DNA of 63,990 nucleotides, filler included. It is 5 parts of 5 records of this genome, joined end to end, with 100 filler letters (N's around TTAATTAATTAA, not from the genome) between each part and the next. Parts side by side here need not be neighbours in the genome. Positions count along the whole stretch, not along the records: positions 10,829 to 30,048 come from SRR31156797_10363; positions 30,149 to 41,549 come from SRR31156797_10369; 3 more parts are not named here. One strand, given 5' to 3'. The notes under the pieces were generated by a model that saw only the letters and a program-made list of their open reading frames with translations, searched no databases and was not told where the DNA came from. Shown here one piece after another: positions 19,129 to 30,482 of the stretch; position 1 is the first letter of the stretch; every line of letters starts with the position of its first letter. The position numbers and the translations under genes were made by a program.

Positions 19129-19995
19129 TCACTTACCAGAACCAAATTTCTTACGGACGGTATCCACAAATTTTCGGGAAACAGGAATAACTTTTTCTGA
19201 ATTAGATAAATATAATTTAAGACCTTGAGCATTTCCTTCAATTTTATTTACAAAATTCAAGTTTATTAAATATGCTCTGTGGCAACGAATGATTTTATCG
19301 AAATCTAAATAATCAATAATTCTAGTAATTGTATTTCTGATCAATGTATTTTTAACATTCTCTCCGTCAAAGTATATTACATTCACATAATTCCCTGTAG
19401 ACTCTAGATACATAACTTCATTCAGTTCAAACTCATAACTATTTCTTTGATTAGTATCTTTTAATACTATTAAATCTGGACTTTTAACAATTTCCAATGA
19501 AGACTCACGTGAATTTTCGATCGACAGGGCTACATTTCTATATTTCCTAAATAACAGATGCTGTCTTGTGGCTATCATTACAATTATTGGAATTAGTGAA
19601 ACGGCTAATGTATACTTCACATAGTCTAATACAAATGAAAGAGTTAAATTCAAGTTTCCATTGTAAATCACATCAAATAAGGCATTAGCTAATGCAATTG
19701 AAATTAAAACACATAAAAGCCATAGTAACTCTTTTCCTATTGTCCATTTATCTTCGTTAAAAGTATTTTTGCAAATGGATTCGATTAAAATCAAATAAAC
19801 GAACAAAACTAAAAATGTTACACCTGCGAAATAGGCACTTATAATTAATATCGTTTTTTGATCAGATGAATTCAATCCAAAGGGCTGATATACTGCCAAA
19901 AAAAGGAACACAAAAAATGAAATTACAAATACTGTAGGCCAGTTCTGACTACTTTTCGGATAAGGCTGCTTTAAATATTTAAAGAATTTATTCAT
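19129..19995 (-). CDS. Membrane-anchored LytTR-domain regulator
   Basis: Four N-terminal TM segments; C-terminal YLESTGNYV...RCHRAYLIN...IPVSRK. Confidence 0.9.
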   Translation of the reverse strand: MNKFFKYLKQPYPKSSQNWPTVFVISFFVFLFLAVYQPFGLNSSDQKTILIISAYFAGVTFLVLFVYLILIESICKNTFNEDKWTIGKELLWLLCVLISIALANALFDVIYNGNLNLTLSFVLDYVKYTLAVSLIPIIVMIATRQHLLFRKYRNVALSIENSRESSLEIVKSPDLIVLKDTNQRNSYEFELNEVMYLESTGNYVNVIYFDGENVKNTLIRNTITRIIDYLDFDKIIRCHRAYLINLNFVNKIEGNAQGLKLYLSNSEKVIPVSRKFVDTVRKKFGSGK

Positions 19996-20055
19996 TGGAT
20001 ACAAAAAAAGTCCGACTAAAAAGCCGAACTTCAATAATATTATAAAATCAGCATT

Positions 20056-21318
20056 TTACAAACCAAATACTGCTTTAATTTTATCTACGTAGTCTAATTT
20101 TTCCCATGCGAAAAATTCAACTTCTCTCTCAACGATTTTTTCTGATCCGTTGTTTCCTTCGATAAACTCTACTTTTTTGGTATATGGATCGCGGCCCATA
20201 TGTCCGTAAGCAGCAGTTTCTTCAAACACAGGATTTTTCAAACCAAATCTTTTAACGATGTATGCAGGACGCATATCGAAAATTTCATTTAGTTTTTCAG
20301 CGATTTCGCCATCAGTCATATTTACGTTAGATTTTCCATATGTTTCCACATATAATCCAACAGGGTTAGCAACACCAATAGCATAAGCTACCTGAACTAA
20401 TGCCTCGTCAGCAACACCAGCTGCCACAAGGTTTTTCGCAATATGACGAGTTGCATACGCTGCAGAACGGTCAACTTTTGAAGAATCTTTACCAGAAAAA
20501 GCACCACCACCGTGAGCACCTTTTCCTCCGTAAGTATCTACAATAATTTTACGTCCTGTAAGACCAGTATCACCGTGAGGTCCACCAATAACAAACTTAC
20601 CGGTTGGGTTCACGTGAAGTATATAATCGTCTTTGAATAATTTCTGAATTCTTTCAGGGAATTGGGCTTTTGCTCTTGGAATCAAAATGTTTTGAACATC
20701 ACTCTTAATCTTTGCAAGCATCGCTTTTTCCTCGTCGAAATCATCATGTTGAGTTGAAACAACAATTGTATGAACGCGCATTGGCTCATTGTCATCACCA
20801 TACTCAATGGTCACTTGTGATTTTGAATCAGGCGCAAGGTAAGTCATCTCCTTACCTTCTCTACGAATTTTTGCCAACTCGATCAATAGCACATGTGAAA
20901 GCACTAATGACAATGGCATAAACTCGTCAGTTTCTTTGCTGGCATAACCAAACATCATTCCCTGGTCACCAGCACCTTGTTCTTCCTCTTTTTCACGCAC
21001 TACTCCCTGGTTGATATCAGGAGATTGTTCATGAATGGCGGAAATCACACCACAGGATTCTGAATCAAATCGATAACTTTGCTTGGTATAACCAATTCGT
21101 TTAATAACTCTTCGGGCAACTTCCTGCACATCAACGTATGCTTTTGTACGAACCTCACCGCTCAATACAGCTAAACCAGTAGTCACAAGTGTTTCACAAG
21201 CAACTTTTGATTCTGCATCGCGACGTAAGAATTCGTCCAGTAAAGCATCTGATATTTGATCAGCAACCTTGTCAGGATGTCCTTCTGAGACAGATTCAGA
21301 CGTAAATAAATATCCCAT
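20056..21318 (-). CDS. metK: S-adenosylmethionine synthetase
   Basis: [28 protein letters not shown]. Confidence 0.99.
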   Translation of the reverse strand: MGYLFTSESVSEGHPDKVADQISDALLDEFLRRDAESKVACETLVTTGLAVLSGEVRTKAYVDVQEVARRVIKRIGYTKQSYRFDSESCGVISAIHEQSPDINQGVVREKEEEQGAGDQGMMFGYASKETDEFMPLSLVLSHVLLIELAKIRREGKEMTYLAPDSKSQVTIEYGDDNEPMRVHTIVVSTQHDDFDEEKAMLAKIKSDVQNILIPRAKAQFPERIQKLFKDDYILHVNPTGKFVIGGPHGDTGLTGRKIIVDTYGGKGAHGGGAFSGKDSSKVDRSAAYATRHIAKNLVAAGVADEALVQVAYAIGVANPVGLYVETYGKSNVNMTDGEIAEKLNEIFDMRPAYIVKRFGLKNPVFEETAAYGHMGRDPYTKKVEFIEGNNGSEKIVEREVEFFAWEKLDYVDKIKAVFGL

Positions 21319-21348
21319 AATTATTAAGATTTATATATTAAAAGAAAA

Positions 21349-21371
21349 GTCGGGTAGCAATCCTACCCGAC
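21349..21371 (-). terminator. Intrinsic terminator-like hairpin between ahcY and metK
   Basis: GTCGGGTAG-N5-CTACCCGAC followed by a U-rich tract on the minus strand. Confidence 0.7.
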
Positions 21372-21379
21372 AGTGTTTA

Positions 21380-22834
21380 TTAGTATCTATAATGATCTGG
21401 TTTGTATGGACCTTCAACAGGAACACCCAAGTAATCAGCTTGATCTTGAGACATCACTGTTAGCTTAACTCCTAATTTATCTAAGTGTAAGCGAGCTACC
21501 TTTTCATCTAAATGTTTAGGTAACGTATACACATTCTTTTCGTATTTATCATTGTTTTTATGCAACTCAATTTGTGCTAAAACCTGATTTGTAAATGAAG
21601 CTGACATTACAAAACTAGGATGACCTGTGGCACAACCTAAATTCAATAATCGACCTTCAGCTAGAATAAGTACACTATGTCCATCTTCAAAAGTCCACTT
21701 ATCGAATTGTGGTTTAATATTCGTTCTTTTGATACCAGGAATAGCCATCATTTTAGCCATCTGAATTTCATTATCAAAATGACCAATATTACCAATAATA
21801 GCCATATTTTTCATTTTCTTCATGTGCTCTGCAGTAATCACATCCTTATTACCGGTAGTGGTAATAAAGATATCTGCATAGTCAACAACGTCTTCCACAG
21901 TTTTTACTTCGTACCCTTCCATTGCTGCTTGTAAAGCACAAATTGGATCAATTTCAGTTACAATAACACGAGCACCTTGACCGCGCAATGATTGTGCAGA
22001 TCCTTTACCCACATCACCATATCCGCATACAACAGCTACTTTTCCTGAAAGCATTACATCTGAAGCACGCATGATACCGTCAGTTAATGAATGACGACAT
22101 CCGTATAAGTTATCGAATTTCGATTTTGTTACTGAATCATTCACATTTATTGCAGGGAAAGGAAGTTTTCCTTTTTCAGCCATTTGGTACAAACGATGCA
22201 CTCCTGTTGTAGTTTCTTCTGAAACACCACGAATTGCTTCACGAGTTTTTCTCCAACGTGTTGGATCTTCAGCTTGTACTTTTTTGCATAATGCTAAAAA
22301 TACGCCTTCTTCTTCAGAATGTATTTTTGGATCATATTCAGGAACTTTACCATCTTCTTCAAACTGCGCTCCTTTTACAACCAACATCGTTGCGTCGCCA
22401 CCATCATCAAGAATCAAATTTGGACCACTACCATCAGGCCATTGTAGAGCTCTATTTGTGCAATCCCAGTATTCTTCCAGCGTCTCACCTTTCCAGGCAA
22501 ATACAGGCGTTCCTTTTGGTGATTCTATTGTTCCGTCTTTACCAACAACTACGGCTGCAGCTGCATGATCTTGGGTAGAAAAAATATTACATGATACCCA
22601 ACGTACATCAGCACCTAATTCAACCAGCGTTTCAATAAGAATTGCAGTTTGTACTGTCATATGAAGAGATCCCATAATCTTTGCGCCAGCTAAGGGTTTC
22701 TTTCCTTTATACTCTTCTCTCAATGCCATTAATCCAGGCATTTCAATTTCTGCTAATTCGAGCTCTTTTCTTCCCCATTCCGCTAAACCAATGTCTTTAA
22801 TTTGATAAGTTAAGTTTTCAACAATTGTATCCAT
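21380..22834 (-). CDS. ahcY: Adenosylhomocysteinase
   Basis: [41 protein letters not shown]-terminal YRY. Confidence 0.99.
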   Translation of the reverse strand: MDTIVENLTYQIKDIGLAEWGRKELELAEIEMPGLMALREEYKGKKPLAGAKIMGSLHMTVQTAILIETLVELGADVRWVSCNIFSTQDHAAAAVVVGKDGTIESPKGTPVFAWKGETLEEYWDCTNRALQWPDGSGPNLILDDGGDATMLVVKGAQFEEDGKVPEYDPKIHSEEEGVFLALCKKVQAEDPTRWRKTREAIRGVSEETTTGVHRLYQMAEKGKLPFPAINVNDSVTKSKFDNLYGCRHSLTDGIMRASDVMLSGKVAVVCGYGDVGKGSAQSLRGQGARVIVTEIDPICALQAAMEGYEVKTVEDVVDYADIFITTTGNKDVITAEHMKKMKNMAIIGNIGHFDNEIQMAKMMAIPGIKRTNIKPQFDKWTFEDGHSVLILAEGRLLNLGCATGHPSFVMSASFTNQVLAQIELHKNNDKYEKNVYTLPKHLDEKVARLHLDKLGVKLTVMSQDQADYLGVPVEGPYKPDHYRY

Positions 22835-23022
22835 GTTAATCGTTTATATATTATTATTTTTTCTTTCTTTTTTTGAACGTGCAAAATTACTTTAAAATAC
22901 GTATGATTCAAAACTATACGTAGAAAATCACACTTGGTTTATTTCAAATTAAAAAATTCAAAATTAATTAAATATTGATAACTCAATGTTTTATTAGAAC
23001 AAACAAGTTTAAAAAAAGATCA

Positions 23023-23895
23023 TTATTTAAACTTTTTTGGGATGTGATCGAATAATTCAATGGCTGCACGTGATTTATTTAATGTGAAAACATGAATCCC
23101 TGGCGCCCCATTTCTCAATAAATCAAGGCTTTGCTGTTTAGCAATTTCTAGTCCCAGCTCATAAACTTTATTTTTATCGTTTTGCACTTCAGCCATCTTT
23201 TTTTCAATCTCTAATGGAATTTTTGCCCCACTGATTTGTGCAAATCGCTTTATTTGTGTGAAACTCGTTATTGGAATAATTCCTGGAATTATTCTGGCTC
23301 CTATCCCTTTTTGAACAGCCTGATCTAAAAATTCCCAGTAGTAATCATTATCAAAAAACATCTGTGTTACCAGAAAATCAGCTCCTGCATCTATTTTTCG
23401 TTTTAAGTTATCCAAATCATCATCCATTGATGATGCTTCTATATGTTTTTCTGGATATGCTGCAGCTCCTATGCAGAAATCAAAATTCTTTTTCACAAAA
23501 GAAATTAAATCCGACGCATAATTAAACCCATCAGCATTTTTCGGAAAAGTTTCACTACCCTTTGGCGGATCACCTCTCAATAGCATTACATTCTCAACGC
23601 CCATGTCTTGCAACGTGCGCATATCATAGGCAATTTTTTCCCTGGTTGCTCCTACTACAGTATAATGAGCCATACATGTAAAACCAAGCTCATTCTGAAA
23701 AAAATCAACTAATTCAAAAGTGTTTTCTCTGGAAGATCCTCCAGCACCATATGTAATGGACACAAACGAAGGGCACAGATTGATCAATTGTCCCGCATTA
23801 ATTCCAAACCTAACAGCAGTTAAATAATCCTTTGGCGGAAAAAACTCAAAGGAGAATGTCCTTTTATCAGGTAAAAACAGTTCATTTATCTTCAT
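23023..23895 (-). CDS. metF: 5,10-methylenetetrahydrofolate reductase
   Basis: SFEFFPPK, TYGAGGS, LRGDPP, YPEKH, TQMFFD. Confidence 0.96.
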   Translation of the reverse strand: MKINELFLPDKRTFSFEFFPPKDYLTAVRFGINAGQLINLCPSFVSITYGAGGSSRENTFELVDFFQNELGFTCMAHYTVVGATREKIAYDMRTLQDMGVENVMLLRGDPPKGSETFPKNADGFNYASDLISFVKKNFDFCIGAAAYPEKHIEASSMDDDLDNLKRKIDAGADFLVTQMFFDNDYYWEFLDQAVQKGIGARIIPGIIPITSFTQIKRFAQISGAKIPLEIEKKMAEVQNDKNKVYELGLEIAKQQSLDLLRNGAPGIHVFTLNKSRAAIELFDHIPKKFK

Positions 23896-23945
23896 AATCG
23901 GCTGCAAAAGTAAAAAAGTTCTGCCAAACTAAGGTGAAATAACCT

Positions 23946-26900
23946 CTATTCTTCCGCTTTTATTTCAATTCCACTAGAATGCGCACTAAATTCAGGCGCA
24001 TATGCCGATTGAATTTCAACAGGTCCGGCATTAAATACTCCACTGCGCTCAACGTACAAATCATAATATACAACAATACTTTCGTTGTTTAAATAATTAA
24101 AAAAGAATCTTCGTTCGCTATCATGACTTTCTTCATAGTATGATTTACCACTTTTCCATTGATAACCACTCATTTGATTTTTAGGTTCAAAACAAGCGCC
24201 ATGCGGTGCTTTCACCCATACAAAATCAAGGGCTCTTTTACTTTTAATAATTAATTGTACGCGTACTTCATCTCCCACTTTCAATACATCTTTCACTGGA
24301 TCAATTTGAACCACTTTCTCACCTTTATCTGTTTTTGTTTTTACAAATATTTGTCGCTCAACCGACAATTCATCGGTATGTGATTCAATATTTTCAAAGC
24401 TTTCAGTAAATGAATGATAAATACCACCCCACACAGGTACTTTCCCGGGGTTTTTCACTTCAATATCTTTCATTGAGGCATCAATTTGATCAATCTTTTT
24501 ACTAAAGTATCCAGTTCCAGCTTGCTGTGCTTCTTTGTCAGAATCAATGATTAGGCCACCCAATTTTATGCTAACACTGCTTTTCTCATTCAACCAATCG
24601 GATCCGGTTGAAATTAATGTTTTTACAGCTGCCAATGAGGCATCCGGATTTCTCCATGCCTGCCCTTGCTTTTCATATACAAGCCAAAGTTTAATGGCAT
24701 CCAACTCACTTTCCGGTTGATTCATTTCCATTAAAAACGTTGCAATTAGAGCTTGAGTTTGAATTGGTGCTTCGTCCCAATTCCAGCCCGTTTGATTTTC
24801 GCGCCAGAACATACCTTTTTCAGCATCAATTGTAGCTCTTTCTTTTAATCTGTCAAGAATTAAAGCTGCGTATTTAGTATTGGAATACTTCTTAGCTAAT
24901 ATACCTGATAATACCTGTTGATATAGATTTTGCTTTTGGTATCTAAAAGCATGATTAAAATAGAATTTCTCTGCTTCAGATGTAATTTGATATTTAGAAT
25001 TAAAATTACTTTGCGTAATGAAATAGAGCATCTTGTCACTAGAAGTCACATACTTTGAGGTGTCTGCGCTATAATGCATTAATCGATAATAATCTGCTTC
25101 CACTTCATCTTTAAGGTAGCGTAAGGCCTTACTTAATGGCTGTTGCACATTGTATTTATTATACGTTTCCAATTCAGCTGTTTGCGATAATTTATATGCT
25201 GTTTGCAAGGTAAAATAATAAGAAGGACGCATTCCCGGACGCCAGCTAAATGCCCCATTTTCTATTTGAATCTCAATAATTTTATCAATTGTTGTACTCA
25301 ATTGGTTTTGGACAAAATTCTCGTTCAGCATTTCCATCAAAGCAGCATGCTGCAATTCTTCATTGGCAGCTACTTCTTCCCATGGTGTTTCTCCAAGTAG
25401 TAAATTCCGTAAATCTGATTTTTGACTTAACGCTGACTTTAACGCCTCAGGTTGAGCTGATTTCCAGATTTCAAATACTTGCTGAATTTCAGGATTATTC
25501 TGAATTAAATAATCACTCCAGGAAGTAACCTGGAAATTACGGGCAAGCTGAACAGCAGAATTATTATTTGTTTCAAAGACTGCCGGCATGGCCTTTATCG
25601 CATGCCAAATAGGGTTTGTAGATAATTCAATTGTTAATTCATGTGATTTAGCTGTCTCACTTTTTAGTTTATCTATTGAAGCAAATTTGTATTGCTTTGT
25701 AGAATTTGGCTTAACCCACAAAGAAAGTGTATTAATAATTCTTTGTCGACTAGGCAGGACGGGGATATTATGCAACTCACCATCAGTGTATTTGCCACTC
25801 TTTCCCGCAATTTGATATGTTAAAGCATTTAAACCCTCAGGCACTACAAATGTAATGGTAAAGCTTCCATTTCCTTTTGCATCAATATTAATGCTTCGCA
25901 TTTTTGTACTAGCATTAATTCTTTTTCCGTTGTAAGGATTGGTAAACTTAATGTCAGGATGCACTTGAATTACACTATCCGTTAAATTATAAACCATCGC
26001 TTTCATAGACACTTTATCCCCTTGATGCACAAAACGTAATCGATTAGGAATCACCATTAATGGTTTTTGTGTAACCACCTCTTTCACGGCATAACCTGAT
26101 GCCATTTCTTTATCATGGACAAAAACTTGAAACTTCCACTTGGACATACTCTGAGGAGCAGAAAACTTCACATCCACTTTACCATTTTCGTCTGATTTTA
26201 ATGTGGGATAGAAAAATGCGGTCTCGTTAAAGTTTGTACGAACTGATTGTTTTTGAGCCTTTTTTTCTTGTTCTTTTACTTTATCTTGTTCATTAATTGC
26301 AACAAAAGCCTCTTCGTCCTGATCATCAGCACTTACATCAGCTTCCGCTTCTTCCAATGTGATATCCATATTTTCCTCAGCTGTTTTGGCTCCTTCAATC
26401 ATTGGTGCCCGACCGTTTCTATAGCGATATCTGTCGGAAGTAAATGGACTATTTAAATACCAATTTGTTGGTTCTGTATAAGGCTTTGATAAATCCTTGA
26501 ATGAATTAATTGAACCCATTTCAAAACCAGATGATTTAAGCATTAATTGCTTATTATGAACATATTGATATGGAAAACTCCATCTGTGTAACCTAAACAT
26601 ATCCAGTGACATATCATACATAGAAGCTACCAATTCAGCATTTTGCAAAGGCTTATCATTCTTTGTAAGTTGAAGGGACCAATTTTCTTCATCCCCCGGA
26701 GTTATTTTATTTCTAATGGAAGTAAATTCAATATTTATTTTACGATTTACAGGAATAACTTCAACATGAGCCTGGTCACTAAAAGATCTACCGGCAGCCA
26801 ACAAAATACATGATATCGAGATTCTTCCTTCGCTATCGTTATTTGTTTGAATTTCGATGTGCTGCTTTTTACCATCCACCGCTACAATTTCTTCCTGCAA

Positions 26901-29780
26901 AATGCCATTTTTATCATTTACCAATAATTGAATTTGAGCATCTTCAAATCTGGATGACATTGTAATTTTAAAAGTCTCCCCAGGCTTCACTTTATCTTTA
27001 TCCACAAAAACAGTTAACGGATCCGGTACTTTAGTTTTCTTATAATCCGAATCAGAAAATTTCTGATATAAAGTTTGATTTAATGTGTCACCTGCATAAA
27101 ATTCAAATGCATACCATCCTTCATTCAGTTTAAAACTATCATCAAATATGATTTTACCTTTATCGGTTTGTTTCTCATAGGTGGTTTTTAGGCTCTTCAT
27201 ATTTTGTGGCTTCAAATTATCATTGAATGCCATACCCGGAAACTCATTTTTCCAAATTGATTTATCTGTTAGTATTTTTTCTGCTGTTGAAAATGGCATA
27301 TCATAAAAATATTCATCAGGATAGTCTAATGCTTTAATTTTCAACTCAATATTTTCAGTAACTTTTTCCCCATTTATACCTGAAATGGTTATTTCAGGCT
27401 TTTTCTCATTTATAAAATTTGACCAATCCGAAATACCTATATTCAAAGGATTAGGTGTAACATAATAAGAATGATTAAACTCATTTGAAGCACCATCAGG
27501 TAATGTTACTTTACTTGTAATGGTATAATACTGTGATTCATTTCCGGGCAGCGACTTAAAGTTAATATTGGCAATACCTTTAGCATCTGTAGTATCAATT
27601 ATATAATCTACAACCTGCGATTGGAAAAATCCTGACCACCATCTAAAAAACGAAGGACCAATCTTCACAGTGGTCTCAACCACAGCATTTTGAATAGATG
27701 ACCCAGCGAATGAACGTACTTGCAAATTCAGTTCTACCTCTTCGCCAGGTTTCGTTAATTTATCACTCGATAAAAATTCAGCTTCAAATGAAGGTCTTTT
27801 GTAATATTGCACCTCTATGAAAGTTGAACCATATTGAGACCTGAGCCTGAAATGACCTGGCCTGGCATTTTCAGGAATTGGAAATGAACCATACACAGAA
27901 CCAAAGGCATTTGTAGTAAAACTTCTTTGAGCAATTTGTTTATAATTCGCTCCATGCAAAAACACTTCAATCTTTTCATTGGGAAATGGTTTAAAAACAT
28001 CATCATTTTGTGATGTTAGTATCCCCTTGAAATGTATAATCTGCCCAGGTCTGTAAATTGATCTGTCCGTAATGAATTGTACATTTTTTCTTTCTTTTAT
28101 GGAGCGGTTATAATCAATATTATAATCAAAATTCACAATAAGCGTATCATCTGCATATGTAAACCGAAGATAATTCCCTCTGGAACTAATAGGTATACTT
28201 ATTCTACCTTTATTCATTTTTTGAGGAATTTCATAGGTAATGCTTTGCTTTCGGGTTCTATAATCGTAATTGATTTTAATTTTTTCAACCTGTCCCTGAT
28301 TTAGATTTACACCTGAATTTCTTTCTACTAATTGATATTTTGTATCTATTTCGCCAGGAGAAGTAACAGTTGCCAAATCACTCACATTGATGTAATGGTA
28401 ATTATTCCTTAAATTCTCAGGTAGCTTTTCGGTTTCTGTTCTCAATAAATAAAATCCTTTCCCCACCTTTGGAAAAAGTGTGATAATTGAATGCTGGAAA
28501 TAATCATCTTGTTTTGGCAACTCAGTTTTCTCTTCCCAAACCAGAGGTAATTCCCTTTCCATTAAAATGCCTCTATGGCGCTGACTTTTTACAAAATCCT
28601 CAGCACTAATCTTGTATAATTTGAATCTTATCCATTCCGTATTTTTATATGTAATACGCACTGGAATGGGCTTTTCACTCATTAAATAGGTTTGCAGCGA
28701 TACGTTTATCATTGGGTTTTTCAGACGCTCAATAAACATTTTGCATGACTTTGCACCATAACTATTCGGATAAATCTTCAATGCCCCTTCGCATAGCTGC
28801 AATGCTTTCATTTGCCATGTTTTGGCTTCTTCAATTTTTCCATTTTCTTTTGACCGACTTGCATAGCCATTATAAATTTCTGCTAACTTAACTGAAGCTG
28901 ATGTTTTTATTGGAGACTGATTTTTCGCATATTTTTCAAGCGCATTTTCATATTTTTTGAGTTTATCATACTGATCATCATTTACAAATAAATCATTTAA
29001 CCGATTTAAATCCATATGATCATTCAACAAACTATTTTCCTCTTGATTTGATAAAAGCAGTGCATAATATCCTGAAATTATTTCTGTTGGGTGTTCAAGT
29101 GTATATTCAGCATAAGTTTCTAAAAATACTTTCTTTTCACTATAAAGATTTTGACTTCTAAACGGATAGTCTCCAGCATAACTTTGCATATTCTGAATGG
29201 CAGTTAATATAGCTAAATCAGTTAATCTGGATGGTCGTATACCATCTATCTCTCTTGCAAAAGAAAAATTCTCAAGTTCTTCCTTATTTAGCGTTTCTGA
29301 GGAATTAAGTTGTGTAATAGCTTTAAGTTCAATATCTGTAAGTTTCCAAATATCTTCTTTTGACCATTGCTTAGGCTCTTCATTTAATATCCCATCATTC
29401 AAATTATTTCTTAATTGATACTGGTTTCGATTAAAAAAATGGTGATAACCACTTATTTTAAATGTACGTAACAATATCTCAGTTCGTCCGAATGGGTTAT
29501 CTATAGCTTTATCAATACGGTCAAGCGCCATATGAAAAGTTTCATAACCAAACCAACGCTGTGCCTTAATCTCCAATTCCAGCGCTTGGATAAAAACAAT
29601 ATCTTCTTGTTTTTCGCGCGCTAAATCCTGTACTTTAACGGCTAATTCTGCAGCAGATTTATATTTTCGCTGTTGCTCCAATTGCTGAGCCTCTTTGAGC
29701 ATTTTATTTAAATCGTCCCCATCAGGACTCCAAAATATTGAAAAGAAAGGAATTAGAATTACTAAGATTATCTTTTGCAT
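23946..29780 (-). CDS. Bacterial alpha-2-macroglobulin family protein
   Basis: TDRSIYRPG (MG2), YKRPSFE, VRTNFNETAFFYP, C-terminal IQSAYAPEFSAHS; about 1940 aa, exported. Confidence 0.92.
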   Translation of the reverse strand: MQKIILVILIPFFSIFWSPDGDDLNKMLKEAQQLEQQRKYKSAAELAVKVQDLAREKQEDIVFIQALELEIKAQRWFGYETFHMALDRIDKAIDNPFGRTEILLRTFKISGYHHFFNRNQYQLRNNLNDGILNEEPKQWSKEDIWKLTDIELKAITQLNSSETLNKEELENFSFAREIDGIRPSRLTDLAILTAIQNMQSYAGDYPFRSQNLYSEKKVFLETYAEYTLEHPTEIISGYYALLLSNQEENSLLNDHMDLNRLNDLFVNDDQYDKLKKYENALEKYAKNQSPIKTSASVKLAEIYNGYASRSKENGKIEEAKTWQMKALQLCEGALKIYPNSYGAKSCKMFIERLKNPMINVSLQTYLMSEKPIPVRITYKNTEWIRFKLYKISAEDFVKSQRHRGILMERELPLVWEEKTELPKQDDYFQHSIITLFPKVGKGFYLLRTETEKLPENLRNNYHYINVSDLATVTSPGEIDTKYQLVERNSGVNLNQGQVEKIKINYDYRTRKQSITYEIPQKMNKGRISIPISSRGNYLRFTYADDTLIVNFDYNIDYNRSIKERKNVQFITDRSIYRPGQIIHFKGILTSQNDDVFKPFPNEKIEVFLHGANYKQIAQRSFTTNAFGSVYGSFPIPENARPGHFRLRSQYGSTFIEVQYYKRPSFEAEFLSSDKLTKPGEEVELNLQVRSFAGSSIQNAVVETTVKIGPSFFRWWSGFFQSQVVDYIIDTTDAKGIANINFKSLPGNESQYYTITSKVTLPDGASNEFNHSYYVTPNPLNIGISDWSNFINEKKPEITISGINGEKVTENIELKIKALDYPDEYFYDMPFSTAEKILTDKSIWKNEFPGMAFNDNLKPQNMKSLKTTYEKQTDKGKIIFDDSFKLNEGWYAFEFYAGDTLNQTLYQKFSDSDYKKTKVPDPLTVFVDKDKVKPGETFKITMSSRFEDAQIQLLVNDKNGILQEEIVAVDGKKQHIEIQTNNDSEGRISISCILLAAGRSFSDQAHVEVIPVNRKINIEFTSIRNKITPGDEENWSLQLTKNDKPLQNAELVASMYDMSLDMFRLHRWSFPYQYVHNKQLMLKSSGFEMGSINSFKDLSKPYTEPTNWYLNSPFTSDRYRYRNGRAPMIEGAKTAEENMDITLEEAEADVSADDQDEEAFVAINEQDKVKEQEKKAQKQSVRTNFNETAFFYPTLKSDENGKVDVKFSAPQSMSKWKFQVFVHDKEMASGYAVKEVVTQKPLMVIPNRLRFVHQGDKVSMKAMVYNLTDSVIQVHPDIKFTNPYNGKRINASTKMRSINIDAKGNGSFTITFVVPEGLNALTYQIAGKSGKYTDGELHNIPVLPSRQRIINTLSLWVKPNSTKQYKFASIDKLKSETAKSHELTIELSTNPIWHAIKAMPAVFETNNNSAVQLARNFQVTSWSDYLIQNNPEIQQVFEIWKSAQPEALKSALSQKSDLRNLLLGETPWEEVAANEELQHAALMEMLNENFVQNQLSTTIDKIIEIQIENGAFSWRPGMRPSYYFTLQTAYKLSQTAELETYNKYNVQQPLSKALRYLKDEVEADYYRLMHYSADTSKYVTSSDKMLYFITQSNFNSKYQITSEAEKFYFNHAFRYQKQNLYQQVLSGILAKKYSNTKYAALILDRLKERATIDAEKGMFWRENQTGWNWDEAPIQTQALIATFLMEMNQPESELDAIKLWLVYEKQGQAWRNPDASLAAVKTLISTGSDWLNEKSSVSIKLGGLIIDSDKEAQQAGTGYFSKKIDQIDASMKDIEVKNPGKVPVWGGIYHSFTESFENIESHTDELSVERQIFVKTKTDKGEKVVQIDPVKDVLKVGDEVRVQLIIKSKRALDFVWVKAPHGACFEPKNQMSGYQWKSGKSYYEESHDSERRFFFNYLNNESIVVYYDLYVERSGVFNAGPVEIQSAYAPEFSAHSSGIEIKAEE

Positions 29781-29985
29781 AGCTTCTTTTTTAATGATCT
29801 TATAACGAACAAATGTTTGTTGAAAGTACGAAATTTTAAGCTTTTTGCATAAAAAAAGAGGGGATTCAAAAAGCTCCATCATAGATTTTCAGCAAGTTTT
29901 TATCCAATATGCGTTAACAGTAAATGGATTTCATACGACAGCAGCAATTCCACCGATAACAATTGATCGTCTCTGATTATAGGTT

Positions 29986-30048
29986 GCATCGCGGCGGATT
30001 ATACACGATGCTCATTTGACCACAGGCTGCGCCTGTGGCTACAGATAT
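29986..30048. repeat. REP-like palindromic element at the contig end
   Basis: GCATCG...CGATGC (29986-30011) and CCACAGGC-TGC-GCCTGTGG (30020-30038); GC-rich against background; assembly breaks here. Confidence 0.55.
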
Positions 30049-30148
30049 NNNNNNNNNNNNNNNNNNNNNNNNNNNNNNNNNNNNNNNNNNNNTTAATTAA
30101 TTAANNNNNNNNNNNNNNNNNNNNNNNNNNNNNNNNNNNNNNNNNNNN
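30049..30148. other. Artificial contig linker
   Basis: N run with TTAATTAATTAA. Confidence 0.99.
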
Positions 30149-30149
30149 C

Positions 30150-30254
30150 GGACAAGGATTTGACTTAGACGTTGCTGGTCAGACAGGTGGAATATACATG
30201 CTTCAAATTGTAACTAATGGAAAAGTAACCAGCAAGCGAATAGTGATTAAATAA
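30150..30254 (+). CDS. C-terminal fragment of a T9SS type A sorting-domain protein
   Basis: Manual translation ...GQGFDLDVAGQTGGIYMLQIVTNGKVTSKRIVIK*. Confidence 0.8.
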   Translation, partial: GQGFDLDVAGQTGGIYMLQIVTNGKVTSKRIVIK

Positions 30255-30279
30255 ACCAAACTACAGTAGATTGATTTTC

Positions 30280-30315
30280 GAAACCGCGCTTGAAAAAGGC
30301 GCGGTTTCTTTTTTT
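30280..30315 (+). terminator. Intrinsic terminator
   Basis: GAAACCGCGC...GCGCGGTTTC followed by a T run. Confidence 0.85.
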
Positions 30316-30482
30316 AATATAAGCAACTGAATACAAACAGCTTGAACAACATGCAGCTAATCATAATTTATCCTGATATAAATCAGCTTTATAGCGATTT
30401 TCTTTCGCACCTTTGATTTCTTATAAAAGAGTTATTGGTTGTATTTTTGATATATCCTTAGGGAAATAAACCCCGGACGAGG

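Noticed and set aside
21319-23022. SAM or SAH riboswitch upstream of metK or ahcY
   Set aside because: Intergenic regions are short or AT-rich with no recognisable aptamer; only a terminator-like hairpin is seen
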